Assembly: GCA_964583645.1 (NCBI GenBank)
Contig: CAZOWR010000001.1
Location: 34 to 64,033, forward strand
Source: an uncultured Enterobacteriaceae bacterium
GTDB taxonomy: Bacteria > Pseudomonadota > Gammaproteobacteria > Burkholderiales > SG8-39
Reading direction: 5' to 3'
DNA length: 64,000 bases
The position numbers and the translations under genes were made by a program. Each line of letters begins with the position of its first letter. Position 1 is the stretch's first letter. Below, piece by piece: positions 19,025-26,742 of this stretch. The notes under the pieces were generated by a model that was not told the DNA's origin, searched no databases, and was given only the letters and a program-made list of their open reading frames with translations.

Positions 19025-20710
19025 TCAGGGGGTGAATTCGCGCAACAGGCGCCCAGCCAGCGGCTCGGCGGTGCGCATGCCGCGCTCGTCCGCGACGCGC
19101 GCGCCGTTCACCCAGACGCCGTGCACGCCGAGCGCGGGGGTGGTCAGTCGCGCGCCCCCGGCGGGAAGGTCGCGCACGCGCAGCTTCGGCCCGCGGCCCA
19201 CCGTCGCCGGATCGAACAGCAGCAGGTCGGCATGGTGGCCGGGCTTGAGAGCGCCGCGCCGCGCGATGCCGAAAACCTGCGCGGGATGGGAGGTAAGGCG
19301 CCGCGCCGCTTCCTCGAGGGAAAGCACGCCGCGCTCGCGCACCCAGTGCCCGAGCAGGTGCAGGCCGTAGCCGGCGTCGTCGAAGAAGGTGAGGTGCGCG
19401 CCGGCGTCCGAGAGCGACACCAGGCTCGCCGGGTGCCTGAGCATGCGGCCCACCGCGGCTTCGTCGGCGTTGAGCGTCAGCGCGACGAACACCGTCTCGA
19501 GGTCCTCCGCGATCGCCAGGTCGAGCCAGAAGTCGAGCGGGTCCTTCCCCGCCTCGCGCGCGAGCTCGTCCAGCGCGCGCTGCTCGAAGCGCGCATGCTC
19601 GGGCCGGCGCGTCTCCACCACCTGCACCTTGTCCCACTCGCCGTTGAAGAGGCGGAAGGCGGCGGGCCGCGCCAGCTCGTCGCGCACCGACTGGCGAAAG
19701 GCCGCGGCCGCGAGCTTCGCCTTCAGCGCTTCGCCCTTCAGGCCGAGCGCCGGCTGCCAGGCCTCCAGCCCCTCTACGGGATAGGGCGAGCGCAGCGTGA
19801 AGTCGAAGCTCAGGGGGCAGCAGGAGATCGCGCCGACCATCCTGCGGCCGCGCGCGCGCGAGGCCTCGATGGCGTCGAGCTCCTCGAACACCACTCCGGG
19901 GTTGGTCGCGTTGTGCAGCAGCGCCGCCACCACCACGGGACGCCCCGAATCGGAGGCGAGGTCCTCGAGGAAGGTCATCTTCGTCAGTCCGCCCTTGGTG
20001 AGCATGAACGCGCCGCGCCCGGCCTCGCGCAGTGCGCCGACCAGTGCGCGCAGCTCCTTCTCGTCGGCGAGGCGCGAGGGCATCGGCGCGCCGCCTTCGC
20101 CGTTGTGCGCGGGCGAGGTGCTGGTGGAGAAGCCCACCGCCCCGGCCCTGAGCGCCTCCAGCACCAGCGCGCGCATCTGCGCGATCTCGCCGTCGGTCGC
20201 GACGCGCTGCGCCGCGGCCTCGCCCATCACCCAGGTGCGGATCGAGGAGTGGCCCGCGAAGCAGGCGACGTTCGGCCCCAGGCCGCCGCGCCCGAGCATC
20301 TCGAGGTACTGCGGGATCGTCTGGAACTCCCAGCGGATGCCCGCGCGCAGCACCTCCAGCGACATGCCCTCCACCTGGGTGAGGTTGCGCATCACGCGCT
20401 CGCGGTCCGCCGGCCGGCAGGGCGCGATGGTGAAGCCGCAGTTGCCGATGATCACCGTGGTGACGCCCAGGGCGGGGGAGGGCGAGGCGAGCGGATCCCA
20501 GGTGAGCTGCGCGTCGTAGTGCGTGTGGTTGTCGATGATGCCGGGCATCAGCGCGCGGCCCTCGGCGTCGAGCGTTTCCTGCGCCGCGCCGAGGTCGCGG
20601 CCGATCGCGGCGATGCTGCCGTGCGCGATCGCGAGGTCGCCATGCTGCGGCGGCGAGCCCAGGCCGTCCAGCAGCAGGGCGTTTCGAATGACGAGGTCGT
20701 GCATGCGCAT
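19025..20710 (-). CDS. N-acyl-D-amino-acid deacylase (D-aminoacylase) family amidohydrolase
   Basis: 561 aa. PGIIDNHTHYD, GVTTVIIGNCG, SDAGAH. The family-type N-terminus fits a start at the second ATG (20704, MHDLVIRNALLLDG). Confidence 0.8.
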   Translation of the reverse strand: MRMHDLVIRNALLLDGLGSPPQHGDLAIAHGSIAAIGRDLGAAQETLDAEGRALMPGIIDNHTHYDAQLTWDPLASPSPALGVTTVIIGNCGFTIAPCRPADRERVMRNLTQVEGMSLEVLRAGIRWEFQTIPQYLEMLGRGGLGPNVACFAGHSSIRTWVMGEAAAQRVATDGEIAQMRALVLEALRAGAVGFSTSTSPAHNGEGGAPMPSRLADEKELRALVGALREAGRGAFMLTKGGLTKMTFLEDLASDSGRPVVVAALLHNATNPGVVFEELDAIEASRARGRRMVGAISCCPLSFDFTLRSPYPVEGLEAWQPALGLKGEALKAKLAAAAFRQSVRDELARPAAFRLFNGEWDKVQVVETRRPEHARFEQRALDELAREAGKDPLDFWLDLAIAEDLETVFVALTLNADEAAVGRMLRHPASLVSLSDAGAHLTFFDDAGYGLHLLGHWVRERGVLSLEEAARRLTSHPAQVFGIARRGALKPGHHADLLLFDPATVGRGPKLRVRDLPAGGARLTTPALGVHGVWVNGARVADERGMRTAEPLAGRLLREFTP

Positions 20711-20716
20711 ATACTA
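20710..20716. promoter_or_regulatory. shared AT block TATACTA in the 37-bp divergent gap
   Basis: On the plus strand TATACT (5/6 match to TATAAT) sits 16 nt after ATGACG and about 26 nt upstream of the SD-bearing mtoX-like start. On the minus strand TAGTAT sits 6 nt before ATG 20704. Confidence 0.3.
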
Positions 20717-20747
20717 GCGGCAGTTCAACCCGGAGGAGGGCGCGCGC

Positions 20748-22040
20748 ATGGGCACGCTACAGGACGTTCGCAAGCTGATGGTCGCAGCGGCGGTCGCGAT
20801 CGCGTTCGCGGGCGCGGCGCTCGCCGACGAGACCTGCAATTCGCCTTACACGACGCGCCTCATCAAGGGACAGGAGGACTACGTCCACGTCTGGACCCTG
20901 GGCGTGGACGGCCTCGGCGACGGCTCGGACAAGCTGGTGACCGTAGACGTCAATCCGAGGTCGAAGCGCTACGGCAAGGTCGTGCACACGCTCTCGGTCG
21001 GGGGTCGCGGCGAGGCCCACCACATGGGCTTCACCGACGACCGCAAGCATCTGTGGGCGGGCGGGCTGGACGACTCCAGGATCCACGTCTTCGACGTCGG
21101 CTCCAATCCGGCGAAGCCGAGGCTGGTGCGCACGATCGCCGATCTGCCGAAGAAGACGGGATTCGTCGGCCCGCATACCTTCTACGCGCTCCCCGGCCGG
21201 ATGCTCGTGCAGGCGCTCTCGAACAGCAAGGATCACGGCGGCGTGACCGGCATCGCGGTGTACAACAACCGGGGCAGGTTCGTCGCCAGGTACGACATGC
21301 CGACGGGCGAGCTGGGCGGCGTCAAGGGCGACGGCTACGGCTACGACCTCGCGATCAACCCGCGCAAGAACGTGCTGCTCACCTCCAGCTTCGCGGGCTG
21401 GAACAACTACATGATGGACATGGGCAAGCTGGTGAAGGACGCCGAGGCGATGAAGCGCTTCGGTGGCACCATGGCCGCCTGGGATCTGAAGGCGATGAAG
21501 CCGAAGCAGATCTTCAGCGTTCCGGGCTCGCCGCTCGAGATCCGCTGGTCGCTCAACCCGAAGGACAACTGGGCGGTGACGGCGACGGCCCTGACCTCCA
21601 AGATCTGGCTCATCAAGCCCGACGGCAAGGGAGGCTGGCAGGCGAAGGACGTGGCGACGATCGGCGATCCGTCGAAGATCCCGCTGCCGGTGGACATCTC
21701 GATCAGCGCGGACGGCAGGGGCCTCTGGGTCAACACCTTCATGGACGGCCTGACGCGCTACTTCGACCTCTCGAACCCGGAGGCGCCGAAGGAGATCTAT
21801 ACGAAGAAGACCGGCAAGCAGGTCAACATGATCTCGCAGAGCTGGGACGGCAAGCGCGTATACATCACCAGCTCGCTGCTCGCCAACTGGGACAAGAAGG
21901 GCGAGGACAACGAGCAGTTCCTGGCGCTCTACAGCTGGGACGGCAAGGAGCTGAAGGAGCAGTGGCGGATCGACTTCACGAAGGAGAAGCTCGGCCGCGC
22001 CCACCACATGAAGTTCAGTGCCAAGGGCAAGAAGACGTAG
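20748..22040 (+). CDS. mtoX: SBP56 (selenium-binding protein 56 kDa) family protein, methanethiol oxidase-like, secreted
   Basis: 430 aa with a signal peptide ending ALA-DE. Blocks LVTVDVNPRSKRYGKVVH, RIHVFDVGSNPAKPRL, GYDLAINPRKNVLLTS and DGKRVYITSSLLANWDKK line up with the SELENBP1/MtoX family. SD GGAGGAGGG lies upstream. Confidence 0.75.
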   Translation: MGTLQDVRKLMVAAAVAIAFAGAALADETCNSPYTTRLIKGQEDYVHVWTLGVDGLGDGSDKLVTVDVNPRSKRYGKVVHTLSVGGRGEAHHMGFTDDRKHLWAGGLDDSRIHVFDVGSNPAKPRLVRTIADLPKKTGFVGPHTFYALPGRMLVQALSNSKDHGGVTGIAVYNNRGRFVARYDMPTGELGGVKGDGYGYDLAINPRKNVLLTSSFAGWNNYMMDMGKLVKDAEAMKRFGGTMAAWDLKAMKPKQIFSVPGSPLEIRWSLNPKDNWAVTATALTSKIWLIKPDGKGGWQAKDVATIGDPSKIPLPVDISISADGRGLWVNTFMDGLTRYFDLSNPEAPKEIYTKKTGKQVNMISQSWDGKRVYITSSLLANWDKKGEDNEQFLALYSWDGKELKEQWRIDFTKEKLGRAHHMKFSAKGKKT

Positions 22041-22716
22041 CGCGGCCGTCCTTGCTGCGCTCGCCCTGACCGCGGGCGCGGTGCTCGCCCACCGCGCCGA
22101 GCACCGCCCGGCCGCGGTACGACCGGAGATGGATTACGTGCCGCCGCCGGCGGGCAGCTACGCGCTGCACGTGATCCAGCGGGCGCCCGACGGCGAGGTC
22201 ATCGGGCACGACGGCAGGCCGCAACGCCTCGCGCGCTACACGCGCGGCCGGGTCACGCTGCTGTCGCTCGTCTACACCTACTGCACCGAGCCGACCGGCT
22301 GCGCCTTCGCCTACGAGACCGGGGTGGACATCAAGCGGCGCGTCCTGGCCGACCAGCGCCTGCACGGTCGCGCGCAGTTCGTGAGCCTGTCGTTCGATCC
22401 GCTCAACGACACGCACGAGTCGATGCGCGCCTACGGGGGCCCCCACGCGCGCACCGGCGGAGCGCTGCCGTGGCACTTTCTCACCACGCGCTCGATGCGC
22501 GAGCTGGCGCCGATCCTCGAGGGCTTCGGCCAGGAGATCGAGGTGGAGCGCGACTCGCGGGGCCGGCCTACGCGGACCATCAGCCACATGCTCAAGCTCT
22601 TCCTCATCGACCGGGAAGGCCGGGTGCGGGAGATCTACTCCACCGCGTTCCTCCATCCGGAGGCGATGCTCAACGACATCCGCACCCTGGTCATGGAGGA
22701 GGACGCGCGCCGCTGA
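22018..22716 (+). CDS. SCO1/SenC-family thioredoxin-fold copper chaperone-like protein
   Basis: 232 aa. GTG start overlaps the preceding gene by 23 nt. Signal/anchor segment. VTLLSLVYTYCTEPTGC (C-x5-C instead of the classical CxxxC), SFDP..D, ISHMLKLFLID. Confidence 0.65.
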   Translation: MPRARRRSAAVLAALALTAGAVLAHRAEHRPAAVRPEMDYVPPPAGSYALHVIQRAPDGEVIGHDGRPQRLARYTRGRVTLLSLVYTYCTEPTGCAFAYETGVDIKRRVLADQRLHGRAQFVSLSFDPLNDTHESMRAYGGPHARTGGALPWHFLTTRSMRELAPILEGFGQEIEVERDSRGRPTRTISHMLKLFLIDREGRVREIYSTAFLHPEAMLNDIRTLVMEEDARR

Positions 22717-22721
22717 TCGCA

Positions 22722-23837
22722 ATGCTCGTGCCGCTGTTCGCGGCGCTGGCCGGCTGCACACGCGACGCCGCCGTGCCGGAGCCTGCCGCGCTCGGCCTGC
22801 CAAGGCTCGACGTGCCGGCGGACAATCCGCTCACGCAGGCCAAGATCGCGCTCGGCCGCAAGCTGTTCTTCGACCGGCGGTTGTCGCCCAATGGCACCAT
22901 GTCCTGCGCCATGTGCCACGTGCCCGAGCAGGGGTTCACGGCGCACGAGCTTGCGACGCCCGTGGGGATCGAAGGCCGCAGCGTGCGGCGCAACGCACCG
23001 ACGTTGCTGAACGTCGGCTGGCAGAAGCCGTTGTTCCACGACGGGCGCGAGAGCTCGCTCGAGAACCAGATCTGGGCGCCGCTGCTCGCCGCGAACGAGA
23101 TGGGCAACGCCTCGATCGGGGCGGTCGTCGAGCGCATCCGCGGCCTGCACGACTACGACGCCCTGTTCGCGGCTGCGTTCGACGGCGCGAGCGCGTCCGC
23201 GCAGCGCATCGGCGCCGCGATCGCCTCCTACGAGCGGATGCTCGTCGCCGGGGACTCGCGCTTCGACCGCTGGCGCTATGCAGGCGAAAGCTCCGCGCTC
23301 GATGCCCTCGAGCAGCGCGGCTTCGAGCTGTTCACGGGCAAGGCAAGGTGCGACGTCTGCCACCGCATCGGCAGCCGCGACGCGCTCTTCACCGACCACG
23401 AGTTCCACAACACCGGGATCGGCTGGCGGCGGGCGTTCGCCGCGCCCGAGCGCACGCGCGTGGAGCTCGTGCCCGGCGTCTTCGCCGAGCTCGGGCGGCG
23501 GGCCGTGGAATCTTTCTCCGAGCCGCCGCCGATGGACGCGGGGCGCTTCGAGATCACGCTCGACCCGAAGGACCGCTGGGCCTACCGGACGCCGAGCCTG
23601 CGCAACGTCGCGCTCACCGCGCCGTACATGCACGACGGATCGCTCGCGACGCTGGAGGCGGTGATCGAGTTCTACGACAGCGGCGGGATCGACAATCCGG
23701 GCAAGAGCGCGTTCCTCTATGCGCTCGGATTGAGCGCCGCGGAACGCGCCGCGCTGGTCGCGTTCCTGAAGACGCTCACTGGCCGCGGCGTCGAGGCGCT
23801 GGTCGCCGAGGCGCGCAGGACCCCGCCCGGGCAGTAG
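22722..23837 (+). CDS. dihaem cytochrome c peroxidase / MauG-family lipoprotein
   Basis: Inside track ORF 22470..23837. Starts at ATG 22722 with lipobox LAGC. Two CxxCH motifs (CAMCH, CDVCH). NAPTLLNV, and an FHNTG plus YRTPSLRNV pattern. Confidence 0.8.
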   Translation: MLVPLFAALAGCTRDAAVPEPAALGLPRLDVPADNPLTQAKIALGRKLFFDRRLSPNGTMSCAMCHVPEQGFTAHELATPVGIEGRSVRRNAPTLLNVGWQKPLFHDGRESSLENQIWAPLLAANEMGNASIGAVVERIRGLHDYDALFAAAFDGASASAQRIGAAIASYERMLVAGDSRFDRWRYAGESSALDALEQRGFELFTGKARCDVCHRIGSRDALFTDHEFHNTGIGWRRAFAAPERTRVELVPGVFAELGRRAVESFSEPPPMDAGRFEITLDPKDRWAYRTPSLRNVALTAPYMHDGSLATLEAVIEFYDSGGIDNPGKSAFLYALGLSAAERAALVAFLKTLTGRGVEALVAEARRTPPGQ

Positions 23838-23870
23838 CGGCCGGCGCCGGGGCGTTGGCATACCATTCGC

Positions 23871-23900
23871 GGAGGAATCGGGGTCAGACCCCGATTTCAC
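23871..23900. repeat. palindromic unit A (single) of the GGTCAGACC repeat family
   Basis: GGAGGAATCGGGGTCAGACCCCGATTTCAC. AATCGGGGTC / GACCCCGATT form a perfect hairpin 34 nt after the MauG-like stop. Confidence 0.7.
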
Positions 23901-23930
23901 TTGACTCGTATTTAACGGATATGTTAAATA
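23901..23930 (+). promoter_or_regulatory. sigma70-like promoter (TTGACT-N17-TTAAAT) overlapped by an 8-bp inverted repeat TATTTAAC-N6-GTTAAATA (ArsR/SmtB-type operator candidate)
   Basis: A striking AT-rich island in a GC-rich context. A perfect inverted repeat at 23909-23930 spans the spacer, the putative -10 and ATG 23921. Confidence 0.5.
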
Positions 23931-24259
23931 AGAGCGTAGTGGACCAGCTTTCGACGACGTTCGCCGCCCTCGCCGACCCGACCCGGCGCGCGATCCTCGC
24001 GCGCCTGGCGAAGGGCGAAGCGACGGTCGGCGACCTCGCGAGGCCCTTCGACATCTCGCTGCCCGCGGTTTCGCGCCACCTCAAGGTGCTCGCCGGCGCG
24101 GGCCTGATCGAGCGCGAGGTGGACGCGCAGTGGCGGCTGTGCCGGATCAAGGGCCGCCCGTTGCGCGAGGCGCACGGCTGGCTGGAGCGCTACCGCAAGT
24201 ACTGGGACGAGAGCCTCGAGCGCCTCGCCGAATACCTGGAGAAGGAGGAAGCATCATGA
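23921..24259 (+). CDS. ArsR/SmtB-family metalloregulator-type transcriptional repressor
   Basis: Tail of track ORF 22913..24259. FAALADPTRRAILARL...ATVGDLA...ISLPAVSRHLKVL. An alternative in-frame GTG is at 23939. Confidence 0.85.
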   Translation: MLNKSVVDQLSTTFAALADPTRRAILARLAKGEATVGDLARPFDISLPAVSRHLKVLAGAGLIEREVDAQWRLCRIKGRPLREAHGWLERYRKYWDESLERLAEYLEKEEAS

Positions 24260-25323
24260 ACCGCGCAGCGACGTTCGAGCTGACCCTCAACCGCCATATC
24301 CGCGCCCCGCGCGAGAAGGTGTTCGACGCCTTCGTCACCGAGCAGGCGATGCGCGCCTGGATGTGCCCGCGCGGCATGACCATCCCGGAGCTCGCGCTCG
24401 ACGCGCGCGTCGGCGGGGGCTTTCGCCTCGCGATGCGCGCGCGCGACGGCGACACGTTCCGCGCTCGGGCGAGCTATCGCGAGATCGTGCGTCCCGAGCG
24501 CCTCGTCTACACCTGGCAGTGGGTGGGCGAGGGGATGCCGAACATCGAGACCCTGATCACGGTGACTTTCGCCGAGCGCGAGGGTGGCACCGAGGTGCGC
24601 ATGACGCATTCCGGATTCCCGGATCAGGTCATGTGCGACTCGCACCAGGAAGGCTGGGGCTCCTGCCTCAACCGCCTGGCGGACGCGCTCGATGCGCGCG
24701 GCACGGCGGCGAGCGTCACGCTGCTCGGCGACGCGCGCAGCACCTACACGCGCAGCGTGCGCATCGGGCTCGCCGAGAAGGGCATCAAGTACGCGATGCA
24801 GCAGTGCGCGCCGCGCACGCCCGAGATTCTCGCGCTCCATCCCTTCGGCCGCATCCCGGCGTTCAGGGACGGCGAGGTGCGCCTGTTCGAGTCCAGCGCG
24901 ATCCTGCGCTACCTCGAGGAGGCGTTTCCGGGGCCGAGCCTGCTGCCGCAGAACATCCGCGACCGCGCCCTCGGCGAGCAGTGGGTGAGCGCGGTCAACA
25001 GCTACTTCTACGACGTGGCGGTGCGGCGCTACGTGCTGCAGTACGTGTTCCCGAAGGGGGCGGACGGCAAGCCCGACCGCTCGGTGATCGGCCCGGCGGT
25101 GGCGGAGCTCACCGACCAGCTCGCCGTCTTCGAGGCGGGCTACGCGCGGCCGTTCCTCGCCGGCCAGCAGCCCACGATGGCCGACTTCCTGCTCGCGCCG
25201 ATCGTCGGCTACCTCGAGATGTTCCCCGAATCCAAGGCGATCCTCGGGCGCCTGCCGAAGCTCTCGCGCGCCCATGCCGCGGTGAAGGAACGGCCGAGCT
25301 GGAAGGAGACGCAGCCGCAGTGA
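24256..25323 (+). CDS. SRPBCC (Aha1/START-like) domain fused to a glutathione S-transferase
   Basis: Inside track ORF 24130..25323. ATG 24256 overlaps the ArsR stop (ATGA). The N-terminal ~150 aa is Aha1-like (FELTLNRHIRAPREKVFDAF...THSGF). The C-terminal ~200 aa is GST-like (HPFGRIPAF..., ESSAILRYLEE, ADFLLAP). Confidence 0.7.
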   Translation: MNRAATFELTLNRHIRAPREKVFDAFVTEQAMRAWMCPRGMTIPELALDARVGGGFRLAMRARDGDTFRARASYREIVRPERLVYTWQWVGEGMPNIETLITVTFAEREGGTEVRMTHSGFPDQVMCDSHQEGWGSCLNRLADALDARGTAASVTLLGDARSTYTRSVRIGLAEKGIKYAMQQCAPRTPEILALHPFGRIPAFRDGEVRLFESSAILRYLEEAFPGPSLLPQNIRDRALGEQWVSAVNSYFYDVAVRRYVLQYVFPKGADGKPDRSVIGPAVAELTDQLAVFEAGYARPFLAGQQPTMADFLLAPIVGYLEMFPESKAILGRLPKLSRAHAAVKERPSWKETQPQ

Positions 25324-25670
25324 GCCGCTGGGCGAAGGACCACGACGCGCAGGCGCTCGCCGGGCGGCTCCGGGCGGTGCTGAAAGGCCGGCGTGCGATC
25401 ACCGAGAAGCGCATGTTCGGCGGGGTCTGCTTCCTGCTCCACGGCAACATGCTGTGCGGCAGCGGCGGCCCCGGCTTCATGTTCCGCGTCGGAAGATCGC
25501 AGGACCGCAAGGCGCTCGCGCGCAAGGGCGCGAGCGCGATGACGCTGAACGGCCGCCGCTTCGAAGGCTTCGTCTGGGTCGATCCGGCGGCGTGCCAGGC
25601 GCGCGCGCTCCGGAGCTGGATCGCGCTCGCCGAAAAATACGTCGCTGGGCTGCCGGCGAAGAGAGGCTGA
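25320..25670 (+). CDS. TfoX N-terminal-domain family protein
   Basis: Tail of track ORF 24363..25670. GTG 25320 overlaps the upstream stop (GTGA). EKRMFGGVCFLLHGNM pattern. Confidence 0.55.
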   Translation: MSRWAKDHDAQALAGRLRAVLKGRRAITEKRMFGGVCFLLHGNMLCGSGGPGFMFRVGRSQDRKALARKGASAMTLNGRRFEGFVWVDPAACQARALRSWIALAEKYVAGLPAKRG

Positions 25671-25671
25671 C

Positions 25672-26343
25672 ATGGGATTGCACGGCAAGCGCTTTCCGAA
25701 CGAGAAGCCGCGCTACCGCGCGGCGCGCGACCGTCTGCTGCGGGCCGAGGTGGCGCTTCGACGTCAGGTCGAGGCGGTCGCGGCGATGCGCCGCAAGCTT
25801 CCGGCGGGAGGCGCGGTGCCGGAGGACTACGTCTTCGACGGCGAGCGCGGCCCGGTCCGGCTCTCGCAGCTCTTCGAGCGCGGCGACTCGCTGGTCGCCT
25901 ACAGCTTCATGTACGGGCCGGGCATGGCGAAGGCCTGCCCGATGTGCACCTCGATGCTCGACGGGCTGGACGGCAACGCGCGGCACATCGTGCAGCGGAC
26001 CAATCTGGTGGTGATCGCGAAGTCTCCTCTCGAGCGCATCCGCGCGCATGCGCGGACGCGGGGCTGGACCGGCTTGCGGCTGCTTTCGTCGGCGAAGAAC
26101 ACCTATAACCGGGACTACCATGGCGAGGGGCCGGACGGCGCGCAATGGCCGATGCTCAACGTGTTCGTGCGCCGCAAGGGGGCGATCCGGCACTGCTACG
26201 GCGCCGAGCTGCTTTTTGCCAGGGCCGAGAGGGGCCAGAACGACCGCCACGTCGACATGATCTGGCCGCTCTGGAACCTGCTCGACTTCACGCCCGAGGG
26301 CCGGGGCGCCGACTGGTATCCGAAGCTAGACTACGGGGGCTGA
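25672..26343 (+). CDS. DUF899-type thioredoxin-fold protein
   Basis: 223 aa. CPMCTSMLDG motif, and a length and pattern typical of the DUF899 family. Starts 1 nt after the preceding stop. Confidence 0.65.
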   Translation: MGLHGKRFPNEKPRYRAARDRLLRAEVALRRQVEAVAAMRRKLPAGGAVPEDYVFDGERGPVRLSQLFERGDSLVAYSFMYGPGMAKACPMCTSMLDGLDGNARHIVQRTNLVVIAKSPLERIRAHARTRGWTGLRLLSSAKNTYNRDYHGEGPDGAQWPMLNVFVRRKGAIRHCYGAELLFARAERGQNDRHVDMIWPLWNLLDFTPEGRGADWYPKLDYGG

Positions 26344-26363
26344 CCTACGCCCACGGAGAAGTC

Positions 26364-26741
26364 ATGCGCCCCGAGACACGCTACCTGTTCACTGCCAGCA
26401 TGGATGTCGATCCCGAGAAGGAAGCCCTGTTCAACGAGGTCTACGACACCGAGCACATCCCGTTCCTGCTCAAGGTCCCCGGGGTGCTGGCGGTGACGCG
26501 CAGCACCCTTGCGCCGCTGGAGATGAGCATCGGCGGGCAGCGCAAGAGCATCGTGGTCGAGGGCGAGCCCAAGTACAGCGCCGTGTACGAGCTCACCGAC
26601 ATCGACGTGGTGACGAGCCCCGCGTGGGCCGCGGCGGTCGAGCTCGGGCGCTGGCCGACGGAGGTGCGCCCCCATACGCGCAATCGCCGCCACACCATGC
26701 GCAAGGTGGTGAAGCAGGAGCCCGCCGGCCGCACCGGCTAG
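26364..26741 (+). CDS. small ferredoxin-fold (EthD/DUF4286-like) protein, function unknown
   Basis: Tail of track ORF 26145..26741. ATG 26364 has GGAGAA 7 nt upstream. The family assignment is tentative. Confidence 0.45.
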   Translation: MRPETRYLFTASMDVDPEKEALFNEVYDTEHIPFLLKVPGVLAVTRSTLAPLEMSIGGQRKSIVVEGEPKYSAVYELTDIDVVTSPAWAAAVELGRWPTEVRPHTRNRRHTMRKVVKQEPAGRTG

Positions 26742-26742
26742 G

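Noticed and set aside
20748-22040. Possibility that the selenium-binding-protein homologue is a selenoprotein with TGA recoding
   Set aside because: The ORF is uninterrupted with no in-frame TGA. SBP56 family members bind selenium or copper post-translationally rather than through selenocysteine.
19121-22069. 982-aa plus-strand ORF spanning the D-aminoacylase (antisense) and the SBP56 gene (alternative frame)
   Set aside because: Same Arg/Gly/Ala-rich junk composition. Both underlying genes have strong family signatures in other frames.
22470-22721. Upstream part of track ORF 22470..23837 (MauG-like gene)
   Set aside because: It overlaps the SCO1-like gene in another frame and is Arg/Pro-rich. 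The lipoprotein signal MLVPLFAALAGC at ATG 22722 is the natural start.
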